From positions 2,839 through 66,838 of the forward strand of contig PKEX01000028.1 in NCBI GenBank assembly GCA_002919235.1: DNA of 64,000 bases, written 5' to 3'. Shown one piece after another: positions 25,847 through 36,950 of the stretch. How positions within the stretch are numbered: position 1 is the first letter of the stretch; every line of letters begins with the position of its first letter. The position numbers were made by a program, and so were the translations under genes. Origin of the DNA: Clostridia bacterium. Lineage in GTDB: Bacteria; Bacillota; Limnochordia; DTU080; RSA5. The notes beneath the pieces are model-generated. The model searched no databases. It was not told where the DNA came from and saw only the letters and a list, made by a program, of their open reading frames with translations.

Positions 25847-26050
25847 CACGTGCAACCTCCTTCTCATCCTCCCGTGCCTTGGCGCGTCCGCCGGTCCGGC
25901 TCGCTGGGGATGCCGGGTGTGCCCCTTTCGCCTATTCGACACCGGCCTCCGAAGTACTGCCCTGCGAGCGGTTTTTCGAGCTAGGCCGCCTTCCGGGTGG
26001 ATAGGGTTTGCCCGCGCCTGAATAGGATGGAAGCGGGAGGCTTGCCGAGC

Positions 26051-27958
26051 ATGGATGACCTCTTTCAGCTCCTCGACGAGCACCGCAGCAGGCAGCGGGC
26101 TGCCCCGTGGGAAGGGACCTTTCGCGACTACCTCCAGCTCGTTGCCGAGAACCCCAAGATCGCGCGGCCGGCTCACGAGAGGCTTTACGACATGATCCGC
26201 AGCGCCGGCGTGGAGTTTGACGAGGAGAACGACCGGGAGCGGTACCTCTTTTTCTCTGAGCACCTCTTCGGCATCGACGACGCGCTGGCCCAGGTGATGG
26301 AGTACTTCAAAGCGGCGGCGTACGGCTCCGACGTGCGCCGGAGGATCCTCCTCCTCTACGGCCCGCCGTCTTCGGGCAAGAGCGAGCTGGTGATCCGGCT
26401 CAAACGGGGCCTTGAGGCGTACAGCCGCACGGACGAGGGCGCGCTCTACGCCATCGCCGACTGCCCGCAGCATGAGGAGCCGCTGCACCTGATCCCCCAT
26501 GAGCTGCGGGAGGCGTTCCGGGAGCGGCTGGGCGTGGCCATCGAAGGGGAGCTTTGCCCCCGCTGCGCCCTGAATCTCAAGGAGCGCTACGACAACGACA
26601 TCTACCGCGTCCCCGTCAAGCGCATTTTCATCTCGGAGAAAGACCGGGTGGGCATCGGCACCTTTGTCCCGTCCGACCCCAAGAGCCAGGACATCGCCGA
26701 GCTGGTGGGCTCCATCGACCTGTCCAAGATCGGCGAGTACGGCGCCGAGTCGGACCCCCGGGCGTACCGCTTCGACGGCGAGCTCAACGTGGCCAACCGG
26801 GGCCTGATGGAGTTCATCGAGATGCTCAAAGCGGACGAGAGGTTCCTCTACGTCCTCCTCACTCTGGCCCAGGAGCGGAACATCAAGACCGGGCGGTTCC
26901 CGCTGATCTACGCCGACGAGTGCATCGTCGCGCACACCAACGAGGCCGAGTTCCGGGAGTTCATGGCCGACCCGCGGTCGGAAGCCCTCAAGGACCGCAT
27001 GATCACGGTGCGCATCCCCTACAACCTCAAGGTGTCGGAGGAGGTGCGCATCTACCGCAAGCTCCTGAGCCACGGCCGCCTGCGGCAGATCCACATCGCC
27101 CCCCACACCCTGGAGGTGGTGGCGATGTTCGCCGTGATGACCCGCCTGGAGGAGCCGGAGCACGCCAACCTCACCCGGGTGAAAAAGATGAAGCTCTACA
27201 ACGGCGAAGACGTGGAGGGCTTCACGCAGAAGGACGTCAAGAAGATCAAGGCCGAAGCCATGCGGGAGGGGATGGACGGCATCTCGCCCCGGTTTATCAT
27301 CAACCGGATCTCGTCGTCGCTGATCCGGGAGGGGGTGAAGTGCATCAACCCCATCGACGCCCTCCGGGCGGTGAAAGAGGGGATCGAGGTCCACCCTTCG
27401 CTGAGCGAAAAGGAGAAAGAGGAGTACATCGGCCTCATCGCCGACGCCCGCAAGGAGTACGACGAAATCGCCCGGGTGGACGTGCAGAAGGCGTTTTTCG
27501 TCTCGTTTGAAGAAGAGGTGGCGACGCTCCTCAGCAACTACCTGGACAACGTCGAAGCCTACCTGGACGACTCGGTGATCATCGACCCCGTCACCGGGGA
27601 GGAGCGCCAGCCCGACGAGCGGCTGATGCGCTCCATCGAGGAAAAGGTGAACGTCTCAGAAAGCGCCAAGGACTCCTTCCGCAACGAGATCCTCCGCAAA
27701 GTGGCCATCGCCAAGCGCCGGGGCGAGGAGTTCGACTACACCACCCACGAGAAGCTCCGGGAAGCCCTTGAGCGCCAGCTCTTCGAAGAGCGGCGGGACA
27801 CCATCAAGTTGACCGTCTCGGCGCGAAACCCCGACGAAGACCAGCTCAAGCGAATCAACCAGGTGATCGACACCCTGATCCGCCGGGAAGGGTACTGCAG
27901 CGACTGCGCCAACGAGCTGCTGAAGTACGTGTCGTCGCTCCTGGCGCGGGAGAAGTAG
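26051..27958 (+). CDS. prkA: PrkA-family serine protein kinase (AAA+ type)
   Basis: ATG at 26051 follows GGGAGG. Walker A YGPPSSGKSEL is present over ~635 aa, and the similarity pattern to B. subtilis PrkA / E. coli YeaG holds throughout (RFPLIYADECIVAHTNEAEF). Confidence 0.9.
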   Translation: MDDLFQLLDEHRSRQRAAPWEGTFRDYLQLVAENPKIARPAHERLYDMIRSAGVEFDEENDRERYLFFSEHLFGIDDALAQVMEYFKAAAYGSDVRRRILLLYGPPSSGKSELVIRLKRGLEAYSRTDEGALYAIADCPQHEEPLHLIPHELREAFRERLGVAIEGELCPRCALNLKERYDNDIYRVPVKRIFISEKDRVGIGTFVPSDPKSQDIAELVGSIDLSKIGEYGAESDPRAYRFDGELNVANRGLMEFIEMLKADERFLYVLLTLAQERNIKTGRFPLIYADECIVAHTNEAEFREFMADPRSEALKDRMITVRIPYNLKVSEEVRIYRKLLSHGRLRQIHIAPHTLEVVAMFAVMTRLEEPEHANLTRVKKMKLYNGEDVEGFTQKDVKKIKAEAMREGMDGISPRFIINRISSSLIREGVKCINPIDALRAVKEGIEVHPSLSEKEKEEYIGLIADARKEYDEIARVDVQKAFFVSFEEEVATLLSNYLDNVEAYLDDSVIIDPVTGEERQPDERLMRSIEEKVNVSESAKDSFRNEILRKVAIAKRRGEEFDYTTHEKLREALERQLFEERRDTIKLTVSARNPDEDQLKRINQVIDTLIRREGYCSDCANELLKYVSSLLAREK

Positions 27959-27990
27959 GGGATCCACCCCGTGCCACGGAGGTGACGTGC

Positions 27991-29145
27991 ATGGTGCGCG
28001 GCGAGATTCCCTGGGACCTGCGGCGCAGGGGTCCCAAAGACGCCCAGCGGCACGAAGCCCGGGTTCGCGAGGCCATCCGCAAGAACCTGCGCCACCTCAT
28101 CGTGGAAGAGACCATCATCTCGTCCCGGGGCGACCGGAAGGTCCGGGTGCCCGTCCGCTACCTCGACCAGTACCGCTTTCGCTACGGGAGGCAGGTGACG
28201 GAAGGCGCCGGGCACGGGCCCGGAGAGCCCGGCGACATCATCGCCCGGCGCGGCGGCCAGGGGAGCGGCGGCTTTGCGCCGGGGGACGCGCCCGGCGAGG
28301 ACGTGTACGAAGCCGAGGTGGAAGTGGACGACCTGGTCGAGCTGATGCTGGAGGACCTCAACCTCCCCCGCCTCGCGCCGGCCGAAGCGGGTGGGATCGA
28401 CGCGGAGGAGATCCGCTTCGACGACGTGCGCCGCCGGGGGCTGATGAACAACCTGGACAAGCGCCGCACCTTGCTGCAGAACGTAAAGCGCCACGCCGCC
28501 AAGGGGGAGGCGAGGATCGGGGCCTTTGACGACTCCGACCTGCGCTTTCGCGTCTGGAACGTGCGGGAACGGCCGCGGGCCCGGGCAGCGGTGTACATGC
28601 TGATGGACCGCAGCGCCTCCATGACGACGGAAAAGCGGTACATCGCCAAGAGCTTCTACTTCTGGCTCACCCGCTTCTTGCGCTGCAAGTACCGGGAGGT
28701 CGACCTGGTCTTCATCTCCCACGACGTCGAAGCCCAGGTCGTCTCGGAGCAGGAGTTTTTCACCGTTTCCAGCAGCGGCGGCACCCGCTGCTCGTCCGCC
28801 TATTGGCTGGCCCTCCGCCACATCCGGGAGTATCACCCGGCCGCCAAGTGGAGCAACTACGCCTTTCATTTTTCGGACGGGGAGAACCTCGCCGCCGACA
28901 ACGAGCGCTGCGGCGAGCTGGTGCGCCAGCTCCTCGACGTCTGCCGCATGGTGGGCTACGGCGAGATCCGCTACGGCGGGTGGGGGAGCTTTTACGGTTC
29001 CGGCGGCAAGGAGCCCCGCCGTCCCCAAAGCGGGCTGCACGCCGCCCTGGCCCGGCTGGAGCACCCCAACCTCCTCTTGGTCTGCATCGATTCCCGGGAC
29101 GAGATCTACAGCGCGCTCCGGGCGTTTCTCGCCCAGGAGCAGTAG
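27991..29145 (+). CDS. yhbH: YhbH/YeaH family protein (DUF444, vWA-like)
   Basis: ATG at 27991 lies 8 nt after GGAGG (27978-27982). A MIDAS-like MLMDRSASM and the conserved position after prkA support the call. Confidence 0.85.
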   Translation: MVRGEIPWDLRRRGPKDAQRHEARVREAIRKNLRHLIVEETIISSRGDRKVRVPVRYLDQYRFRYGRQVTEGAGHGPGEPGDIIARRGGQGSGGFAPGDAPGEDVYEAEVEVDDLVELMLEDLNLPRLAPAEAGGIDAEEIRFDDVRRRGLMNNLDKRRTLLQNVKRHAAKGEARIGAFDDSDLRFRVWNVRERPRARAAVYMLMDRSASMTTEKRYIAKSFYFWLTRFLRCKYREVDLVFISHDVEAQVVSEQEFFTVSSSGGTRCSSAYWLALRHIREYHPAAKWSNYAFHFSDGENLAADNERCGELVRQLLDVCRMVGYGEIRYGGWGSFYGSGGKEPRRPQSGLHAALARLEHPNLLLVCIDSRDEIYSALRAFLAQEQ

Positions 29146-29191
29146 GGCGGCAGAGGCAAGCTCAAGACCCGGCCGCGAGGAGGCGACGGCG

Positions 29192-30619
29192 TTGATCTCA
29201 CCCCGCATCCGGGAGGTTCTCAAGATCGGCCGCGATCTCGGCCTCGACTTCTACGACCTGGTGTTTGAAGTGATCCCGTGGGACGTGATGAACGAGATCG
29301 CCGCGTACGGCCTTCCCATCCGCGCCCATCACTGGTCGTACGGGAGGGTGTACCAGAGGCAGCGGGTCCACGGCCGCATGGGCCTTTCCAAGATCTACGA
29401 GATCGTGCTCAACAACGATCCGGCCTACGCCTTTCTCCTGGACACCAACACCGAGGTGGAAAACCTCTTGATCGTCGCCCACGTCGCCGCCCATGCGGAC
29501 TTCTTCAAGAACAACGCCTGCTTCGAAGGGACCAACCGCAACATGGTCAACGAAGCGGCCGCCCACGCCGTCCGGATCGAGCAGTACAAAGAAGAATACG
29601 GAATCGAACGGGTCGAGCGGCTGATGGACGCCGCCTTCGCCCTGGAGCGGCACGTCGATCCGTACAAGGGCCTGTACCGGGAGGAGTATCCCAAGCGTAC
29701 GGTCGAGGTGCGGGAGGCGGTGGTCGACGAGTACGCCGACCTCACCGTGGAGGGGCGGCCGTTCAGCCAGGTGAAGCAGGTAAAGGGCGGCAAGATCCCC
29801 GCCCACCCCGAGCGGGATCTTTTGTGGTTCTTGGCCCGCTATGCGCCGCTGGACGAATGGGAGCGGGACGTCCTCGAGATCGTGCGGGAGGAGGCGTATT
29901 ACTTTTTCCCGCAGTTCAACAGCAAGATCCTCAACGAAGGCTGGGCCTCCTACTGGCACGCGGAGATCATCAGCCAGTACCCCGGCATGACGCCCCGGGA
30001 GATGATCGATTTCTCCGTGCTGCACGGCAACGTGGTCCAGCCCGGCCATCCCCTGCAGGTGAACCCGTACTACCTGGGCTACAAGATCCTGGTGGACGTC
30101 AAGAAGCGCTGGGACCGGATGCACGCCCGGGGCGAAAGCCGCCTCGACGGGACGGAGAAGCTCTTCGAGATCCGCACCAGCGAAGACGATTTCTCGTTCC
30201 TGCGCAACTACCTCACGCCGGGGCTCGTGAAGGAGCTAGGGCTCTTCGCCTACGGGCCGGCGTGCAGCTGCCCGCCCCACACGCCCCGCCCGTGCCCCCG
30301 CTGCGGGGACGTGGCGATCCGGAGCCGGGACGTCGACGCCGTGGTGGAGGCGATCTTGAAGCCCCGGTACAACTACGGCGCGCCCAAGGTGGTGGTGACG
30401 GACACGGCCGGCGGCGTGCTGCGTCTCGAACACGATGAGCCCGGCACGGTGCTGGACCGGGAGTATGCGGAGAAGACCCTGGCCTACATCCACGAGCTTT
30501 GGAAAGCGCCCGTCCAGCTCATCACCGCCAACGAGCGGGGCGAGCGGATGGAGTACTGGTGCGACGAGAAGGGCGCCCGGGTGACGCTGCGAGCGGGGAC
30601 CGGCGCGCGGAGAGGGTGA
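29192..30619 (+). CDS. spoVR: SpoVR family protein
   Basis: TTG at 29192 lies 8 nt after GAGGAGG. YGLPIRAHHWSYG, AHVAAHADFFKNN and ILNEGWASYWH are SpoVR/YcgB hallmarks. It is the third gene of the conserved prkA-yhbH-spoVR trio. Confidence 0.9.
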   Translation: MISPRIREVLKIGRDLGLDFYDLVFEVIPWDVMNEIAAYGLPIRAHHWSYGRVYQRQRVHGRMGLSKIYEIVLNNDPAYAFLLDTNTEVENLLIVAHVAAHADFFKNNACFEGTNRNMVNEAAAHAVRIEQYKEEYGIERVERLMDAAFALERHVDPYKGLYREEYPKRTVEVREAVVDEYADLTVEGRPFSQVKQVKGGKIPAHPERDLLWFLARYAPLDEWERDVLEIVREEAYYFFPQFNSKILNEGWASYWHAEIISQYPGMTPREMIDFSVLHGNVVQPGHPLQVNPYYLGYKILVDVKKRWDRMHARGESRLDGTEKLFEIRTSEDDFSFLRNYLTPGLVKELGLFAYGPACSCPPHTPRPCPRCGDVAIRSRDVDAVVEAILKPRYNYGAPKVVVTDTAGGVLRLEHDEPGTVLDREYAEKTLAYIHELWKAPVQLITANERGERMEYWCDEKGARVTLRAGTGARRG

Positions 30620-30678
30620 ACAGTGCAAGGCGGGCCGGAGGGGGAGCCGGTAGGTTCGTTCCAGGTTCATAGCGGGCT

Positions 30679-30786
30679 TTGTGAAAGTGCTCACGAGTCA
30701 TCAAGGTGCCCGGTTCTGGGCGGCGAAACGCAGCCGCCTGCCCACCTTTGGGCAGGACCGCGCGCCCGCGCGCTCATAAATGGGCA
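30679..30786 (+). repeat. modular intergenic repeat, copy B
   Basis: 5' box TTGTGAAAGTGCTCACGAGTCAT spans 30679-30701 (22/23 identical to copy A). Units are TGCCC-ggttct-GGGCG 30707-30722, TGCCC-accttt-GGGCA 30739-30754 and CGCTC-ataaat-GGGCA 30771-30786. Centres are 32 bp apart. Confidence 0.9.
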
Positions 30787-31067
30787 GAGCCACGGTCCGG
30801 GTTCGCCGGGTTGCGGCGCACGGCAGGGGATTCGAGACGACGGCGCTGGTGGTCATGGATGGACGGGGGCGCAGAGCCAGTTCAGCCCAAGGATCGGTTG
30901 CGGCGCTGTAGAAGGGAAAGGGTGGGCAATAGCAGAAACGCAGCGCCGGCGAGCTCCGCAAGAGCGAATCCGAACGCAGAACCGGCGCGGAGCAGCGCAG
31001 GCTAAGGGAAGACGGGCAAGGAGCCCGATCCCCCACGGGAGCAGCAACGAACCCGGAGGCGGCACGT

Positions 31068-31151
31068 ATGGAGCGAGACCGGACGAACGTGGAGCAAGAC
31101 CGGACGGCCGTGGAGCGCGACGGGACCACCGTGGAACGAGACCGGACGATC
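31068..31151 (+). repeat. four tandem 21-bp repeats at the 5' end of the flavoprotein gene
   Basis: ATGGAGCGAGACCGGACGAAC / GTGGAGCAAGACCGGACGGCC / GTGGAGCGCGACGGGACCACC / GTGGAACGAGACCGGACGATC. Each unit begins with a potential start codon and encodes (M/V)E(R/Q)D(R/G)Tx. Confidence 0.9.
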
Positions 31152-32210
31152 TACGACGTCGCGGTGATCGGCGCCGGGCCCGCGGGCACGCAGGCGGCCA
31201 TTTCGGCGGCTCACCAGATGCGCCACGTCCTGATTTTAGACGCCGGCGAGGTGAGCCAGCGCAAGGGCCGGGCCTACTGGTCCAAGACCGTTGAAATTCA
31301 GGACGCGCCGGTGTTTGCCGGGGTGACGGGCCCGCAGTTCATCAAGGCCTTGCGGGAGTGGATCGCGGCGCACCCTGTCCGCGAGATCACGATCGCCGGC
31401 GAGCGGCGCCTTACGGGCATCGAGTACCGGGGCGGCATGGTGCTCGAGCTTCATCGCAAAGGGGAGCTCTTCGAGCTGGTCACCTCCGTCCAGCGCCTGC
31501 GGGAGGGCCAGCCTCTCACCATTGAGCGCTTCTTGGCGCGGACGGTGGTGGTGGCTTCGGGCTTTGAGGACAAGTGGCCTGACATCGAGGTGGATGAGAG
31601 CGCCCAGCGCCTTTATGAAAAGTACCGCGTGGTCTTCCGCTACGCGGGGAATGCCCGGGGCTGGCACGTGTGCATCCGCTGCGACGGCCACCTGCACGTG
31701 GACCAGCACTTGGCCATCCTGGGCGTGGGCGACTACGTTTACGGGGCGGCCCTGGGCGCCCAGGACTTCACCGACAAGATCACCATCTTGACCAACGGCA
31801 GGCCCCACGGTATGTCGCCCCCCGTCCTCCGGCAGATTCAAGAGCGGGGCATCGAGATCATCGAGACCAAGATCAAGCGGCACATCGGCCGGGGGACGGA
31901 CCTGCTCGGCCTCGAGCTTGAGGACGGGCGGGAGCTGTTTTTCGACGGGTTCTTGGTGGACGAAGGCCTCGAGCCCAATACCCAGTTCCTGAAGGGCTGG
32001 GACGTGCAGACGGACGAAGAGGGGCTTCTGGTCGTCAACGAGGACGGCCAGGTGTTGGACACCCAAGGGAATCCGGTCCCCGGGCTCTTCGCCGCCGGCG
32101 ACATCGTCTCGGGGACGAGAAACCTCATCGCCACTGCCTTTGCCCTGGGGCAGAACGCCGGGCTTTCGGCCAGCGATTCGCTGCGGAAATGGCGCTGGCC
32201 GGAGGAGTAG
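31068..32210 (+). CDS. FAD-dependent pyridine nucleotide-disulfide oxidoreductase (thioredoxin-reductase-like)
   Basis: GGAGG lies 9 nt before ATG 31068. The heptad repeats are followed by YDVAVIGAGPAGTQAA (FAD Rossmann), a second dinucleotide motif LAILGVGDY and the C-terminal FAAGDIVSG. The true start could be any of the four in-frame repeat starts. Confidence 0.8.
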   Translation: MERDRTNVEQDRTAVERDGTTVERDRTIYDVAVIGAGPAGTQAAISAAHQMRHVLILDAGEVSQRKGRAYWSKTVEIQDAPVFAGVTGPQFIKALREWIAAHPVREITIAGERRLTGIEYRGGMVLELHRKGELFELVTSVQRLREGQPLTIERFLARTVVVASGFEDKWPDIEVDESAQRLYEKYRVVFRYAGNARGWHVCIRCDGHLHVDQHLAILGVGDYVYGAALGAQDFTDKITILTNGRPHGMSPPVLRQIQERGIEIIETKIKRHIGRGTDLLGLELEDGRELFFDGFLVDEGLEPNTQFLKGWDVQTDEEGLLVVNEDGQVLDTQGNPVPGLFAAGDIVSGTRNLIATAFALGQNAGLSASDSLRKWRWPEE

Positions 32211-32345
32211 CGTAAAGGGTATAGTCTAGCGCGCGGCCTGAAGCAGGGCGCGGGAGCCCGCGGTCACGGCGGCTGCCCGCGAGCGTGGGCCAAGCGCCGG
32301 CAGCAGACCGGGAACTCTGACGAGCGCACGAGGAGGTGTCGCCCG

Positions 32346-33146
32346 GTGGCGCGCGACGATTCCGCCTTCCCGTTGCCGCAAAGGGATGCTGCAGTGAAGG
32401 AGAGCCGCAGCGCGCCCGGGGGTGTGCAGGGCGATGTGCCCCCGGGGCGGCTTCACCCGGAGCCGCGGTACCACCCCAAGGACCCGCGGGCCGTCGAGCT
32501 CCAGGTGAGCCGCCTGTACCACGAGGCCAACAAGGTCTTGGAAGAGGCGGTGTCGCCTGAAAAGCTCAAGGACAACCCCTACCGGGGAAAGCCTCTTCGC
32601 TTCGAGGAAAACCCGTTCGAGGGGGACTTGGGCATGGCTCATCGCCTGCTCAAGAACACCGGCCACACGCTGCCCTGGATCGCGACGAAAAAGGAGATCA
32701 TCGACGAGCGCCGGGCCATCGAGCAGGCCATCGACGACCACATCGCGTGGGTGGAGCAGCGGGTGGCGCGATACCTGCAGCTGTCGTCCGGGGAAGCGGA
32801 ACCCCCCGGCCCGGATGCGTCCCCGCAGGCCGAGCCGGCCCGCCGGTTCTCGCTGCGGGCTCTCCTGCCCTGGCGGCGCCGCCCCGGGGCCAAGGCGGGA
32901 GCCGGCCCGGCCCCGCTGGAGGAAAAAGAACGGCTGAGGCGGGACGTGCTGGAGGGGCACTCCCGGTTCGTCGAGCACCTGCGCGAGCGCGTGGCCGGGC
33001 TGCGCAAAGTGATCGAGCGGTACAACCTGGAAGTGCCCCTCTTTGACCAGCAGCTCCCGAACGTGAGGCCGGAGGAGTACGCGGCTCGCGTCGAAGCGCG
33101 GGCCCGGGATCTCCTGGCCCGGCTCGGCGCGGGGGCGGAGCGGTGA
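32346..33146 (+). CDS. DUF1992 (DnaJC28-like) domain protein
   Basis: GTG at 32346 lies 9 nt after AGGAGG (32331-32336). NPYRGKPLRFEENPF...AHRLLKNTGHTLPWI matches the DUF1992 core. Confidence 0.7.
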   Translation: MARDDSAFPLPQRDAAVKESRSAPGGVQGDVPPGRLHPEPRYHPKDPRAVELQVSRLYHEANKVLEEAVSPEKLKDNPYRGKPLRFEENPFEGDLGMAHRLLKNTGHTLPWIATKKEIIDERRAIEQAIDDHIAWVEQRVARYLQLSSGEAEPPGPDASPQAEPARRFSLRALLPWRRRPGAKAGAGPAPLEEKERLRRDVLEGHSRFVEHLRERVAGLRKVIERYNLEVPLFDQQLPNVRPEEYAARVEARARDLLARLGAGAER

Positions 33147-33235
33147 GCCGCTTCCAAAAGGCCCCGCCGTCCCGGTCCATCAGGCCCGCCCCGCGGGCGG
33201 TGAAGGCCCGCCGGTCGCGCTTTGCGCAAACCAAG

Positions 33236-34585
<1,350 letters not shown>

Positions 34586-34636
34586 TCGATGCGGTTGTTG
34601 CGCCGGCCGGTGCGGTGTCGGCTGCACGGGCTCGCG

Positions 34637-35605
34637 CTACGGCGCGAGCAGGATCTTGCCTGCGCTGGCCCGGGATTCGAGGCGGGCGTGCGCCTCGCCG
34701 GCCTTTTCCAGGGGGAAGGTGCTGTCGATCCGCAGCTTTAGCCGCCCCTGGGCGATCCAGGAGAAGAGGTCGCCCGTCCGCTGGAGGAGTTCCTCGCGGT
34801 TCAGGATGTAATGAGCGAGAGACGGGCGCGTGACGAAGAGCGATCCGTGGCTGTTTAGGATCTGCAGGTCCACCGGGGGCACCGGGCCGCTGGACTGGCC
34901 GAAAAGAACCAGGAAGCCCCGGGGTTTGAGGCACTTGAGGCTGTCGAAAAACGTCTCCTTTCCCACGGAGTCGTAGACGCAGTCGACGCCCCGGCCGCCC
35001 GTGATCTCCTTGACTCCTTCCACGAAGCTGGTTTCGGTATAGAGGATCACGTGGTCGGCTCCGGCCTCCCTGGCGAGCTCAGCCTTGGCTTGGGTGGACA
35101 CCGTGCCGATCACCGTCGCTCCCCTCGCCTTCGCCATCTGGACGAGAAGGAGCCCGACCCCGCCCGCGGCCGCGTGCACCAGCACCGTGTGGCCGGGGTG
35201 AATGGGAAAGGTGCTGAAGGTCAGGTAGTGGGCGGTGAGACCCTGGAGCATCGCGGCGGCTCCCGTCTCGAACGAGAGCTCGGCGGGGAGCGGCGCCAGC
35301 ATCCAAGCGGGGACCACGGCGTACTCGGCGTATGCCCCCCGGTGCATGGCGTAGGCCACCCGGTCCCCCGGCTTCACCTCGGTGACCCCTTCGCCGACGG
35401 CCTCGACGACGCCGCTGCCCTCGGAGCCGGGGATGAAGGGGAGAGGGAGCGGGTAGAGGCCGGTGCGGTGGTAGATGTCGATGAAGTTCACCCCGGCGGC
35501 GTGCAGGCGGACCAGCGCTTCCCCGGGACCGGGCTCGGGAAGGGGCACGTCCCGCACGGTGAGGGCCTCGGGGCCGCCCGGGCGTTCCACGACCACTGCT
35601 TTCAT
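34637..35605 (-). CDS. qor: NADPH:quinone oxidoreductase (zinc-independent MDR family)
   Basis: 322 aa. [15 protein letters not shown]...[15 protein letters not shown]...[19 protein letters not shown] is the typical Qor/zeta-crystallin pattern. Confidence 0.85.
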   Translation of the reverse strand: MKAVVVERPGGPEALTVRDVPLPEPGPGEALVRLHAAGVNFIDIYHRTGLYPLPLPFIPGSEGSGVVEAVGEGVTEVKPGDRVAYAMHRGAYAEYAVVPAWMLAPLPAELSFETGAAAMLQGLTAHYLTFSTFPIHPGHTVLVHAAAGGVGLLLVQMAKARGATVIGTVSTQAKAELAREAGADHVILYTETSFVEGVKEITGGRGVDCVYDSVGKETFFDSLKCLKPRGFLVLFGQSSGPVPPVDLQILNSHGSLFVTRPSLAHYILNREELLQRTGDLFSWIAQGRLKLRIDSTFPLEKAGEAHARLESRASAGKILLAP

Positions 35606-35987
35606 GTCGCCTCATTCCTTTCATGCGTATGATCGGTGACGAGGAAAGATGTGCCGCAGCGCACCGGCGAGGTGCGGCGAATGTTCGCGCCTTGTTGCCG
35701 CAAATTGCGCGCAAAATTGTCGGCTATTGTTTGCTAGTTCGCTCGAAGGCGCGCGAACCCTTGCGGTCGCGGCCACCGCGGCGCGTGTTGTGGGCGCGCC
35801 CGGCGCGCCCGGATGGTTCGCCCGCGCCGTTCACCCGGACGGCACTTCCGCACGGCAGGCCCGCGCGGCCCTTTGCCGATGAAATACCGCCGGCGGCCGC
35901 CGGCAAGCTCGCGGGGGAGAGGAATGGCGCGCCAGGACGGGAAGGAATAAAGGGTGTGAACTTCGCCCTCGAGAGGACGGCGTCCCG

Positions 35988-36944
35988 ATGGCCGCGTCAC
36001 CTGTTCAGCCCGGGCAGGTCCGGGCGCGCAAGCCTGACTGGCTCAAGAAGCGAATCCCTGACCCGCAGGCGATGCGCGAAATGCGCGCCCTGCTGGACGA
36101 GCTCAAGCTCAACACCATCTGCGAGGAGGCCGGCTGCCCCAACATCGGCGAATGCTGGGCCCAGCGGACCGCGACCTTTCTCATCCTGGGCGACATCTGC
36201 ACGCGGGCGTGCGGCTTTTGCGACGTCAAGACCGGCCGGCCGGAGCCGGTGAATGTGGCGGAGCCGTATCACGTGGCGAGGGCGGTGAAGCGTCTGGGCC
36301 TCTCCCACGTGGTGATCACGTCGCCGGACCGGGACGACCTGCCGGACAAGGGCTCGGAGCAGTTTGCGGCGACGATCCGGGCGGTGCACCGCCTTTGCCC
36401 CGGCACCACGGTGGAAGTGCTGACGTCCGACTTCGACGGCATCGACGAGCACCTGATCCGGGTGCTGGATGCCGATCCCGAGATCTTCGCCCACAACGTG
36501 GAGACCGTCCCCCGCCTCCACCGCAAGGTGCGGCCCCGCTTCCGCTACGAGCGCTCGCTGAAGGTCCTGGCCCGGGCCAAGGAGCTGCGGCCGGACATCT
36601 ACACCAAGTCCAACATCATGGTGGGCCTGGGCGAGCGCAAGGACGAAGTGATCCAGGTGATGCGGGACATGAGGGACGCCGGCTGCGACTTCCTCACCAT
36701 CGGGCAGTACCTGCAGCCGTCGCCCAAGCACCTGCCCGTCGTCGAGTACGTGCATCCCGACGTGTTTGAAGAGTACCGCGCCGAAGCGCTGGCGCTGGGC
36801 TTCCTTCACGTGGCCTCGGGTCCTTTCGTCCGCTCGTCGTTCGACGCCGCGACGGCGCTGGAGGTCGTGGGGAGAAAGAGGGGAGCAGGAACCGGGGCCG
36901 AGGCTCCGCCCGGCGGCATTTCGGATGAGACGGAAAGGGACTGA
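35988..36944 (+). CDS. lipA: lipoyl synthase
   Basis: The auxiliary cluster motif CEEAGCPNIGEC, the radical-SAM motif CTRACGFCDV and the C-terminal RSSF are present. Confidence 0.95.
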   Translation: MAASPVQPGQVRARKPDWLKKRIPDPQAMREMRALLDELKLNTICEEAGCPNIGECWAQRTATFLILGDICTRACGFCDVKTGRPEPVNVAEPYHVARAVKRLGLSHVVITSPDRDDLPDKGSEQFAATIRAVHRLCPGTTVEVLTSDFDGIDEHLIRVLDADPEIFAHNVETVPRLHRKVRPRFRYERSLKVLARAKELRPDIYTKSNIMVGLGERKDEVIQVMRDMRDAGCDFLTIGQYLQPSPKHLPVVEYVHPDVFEEYRAEALALGFLHVASGPFVRSSFDAATALEVVGRKRGAGTGAEAPPGGISDETERD

Positions 36945-36950
36945 CCGTTC

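Noticed and set aside
25847-27394. This is the upstream two-thirds of the 818-aa minus-strand track ORF 24938-27394.
   Set aside because: Only the last 302 codons (24938-25846) look like a real TIM-barrel isomerase with an SD. The remainder is antisense to prkA and has shadow-ORF composition.
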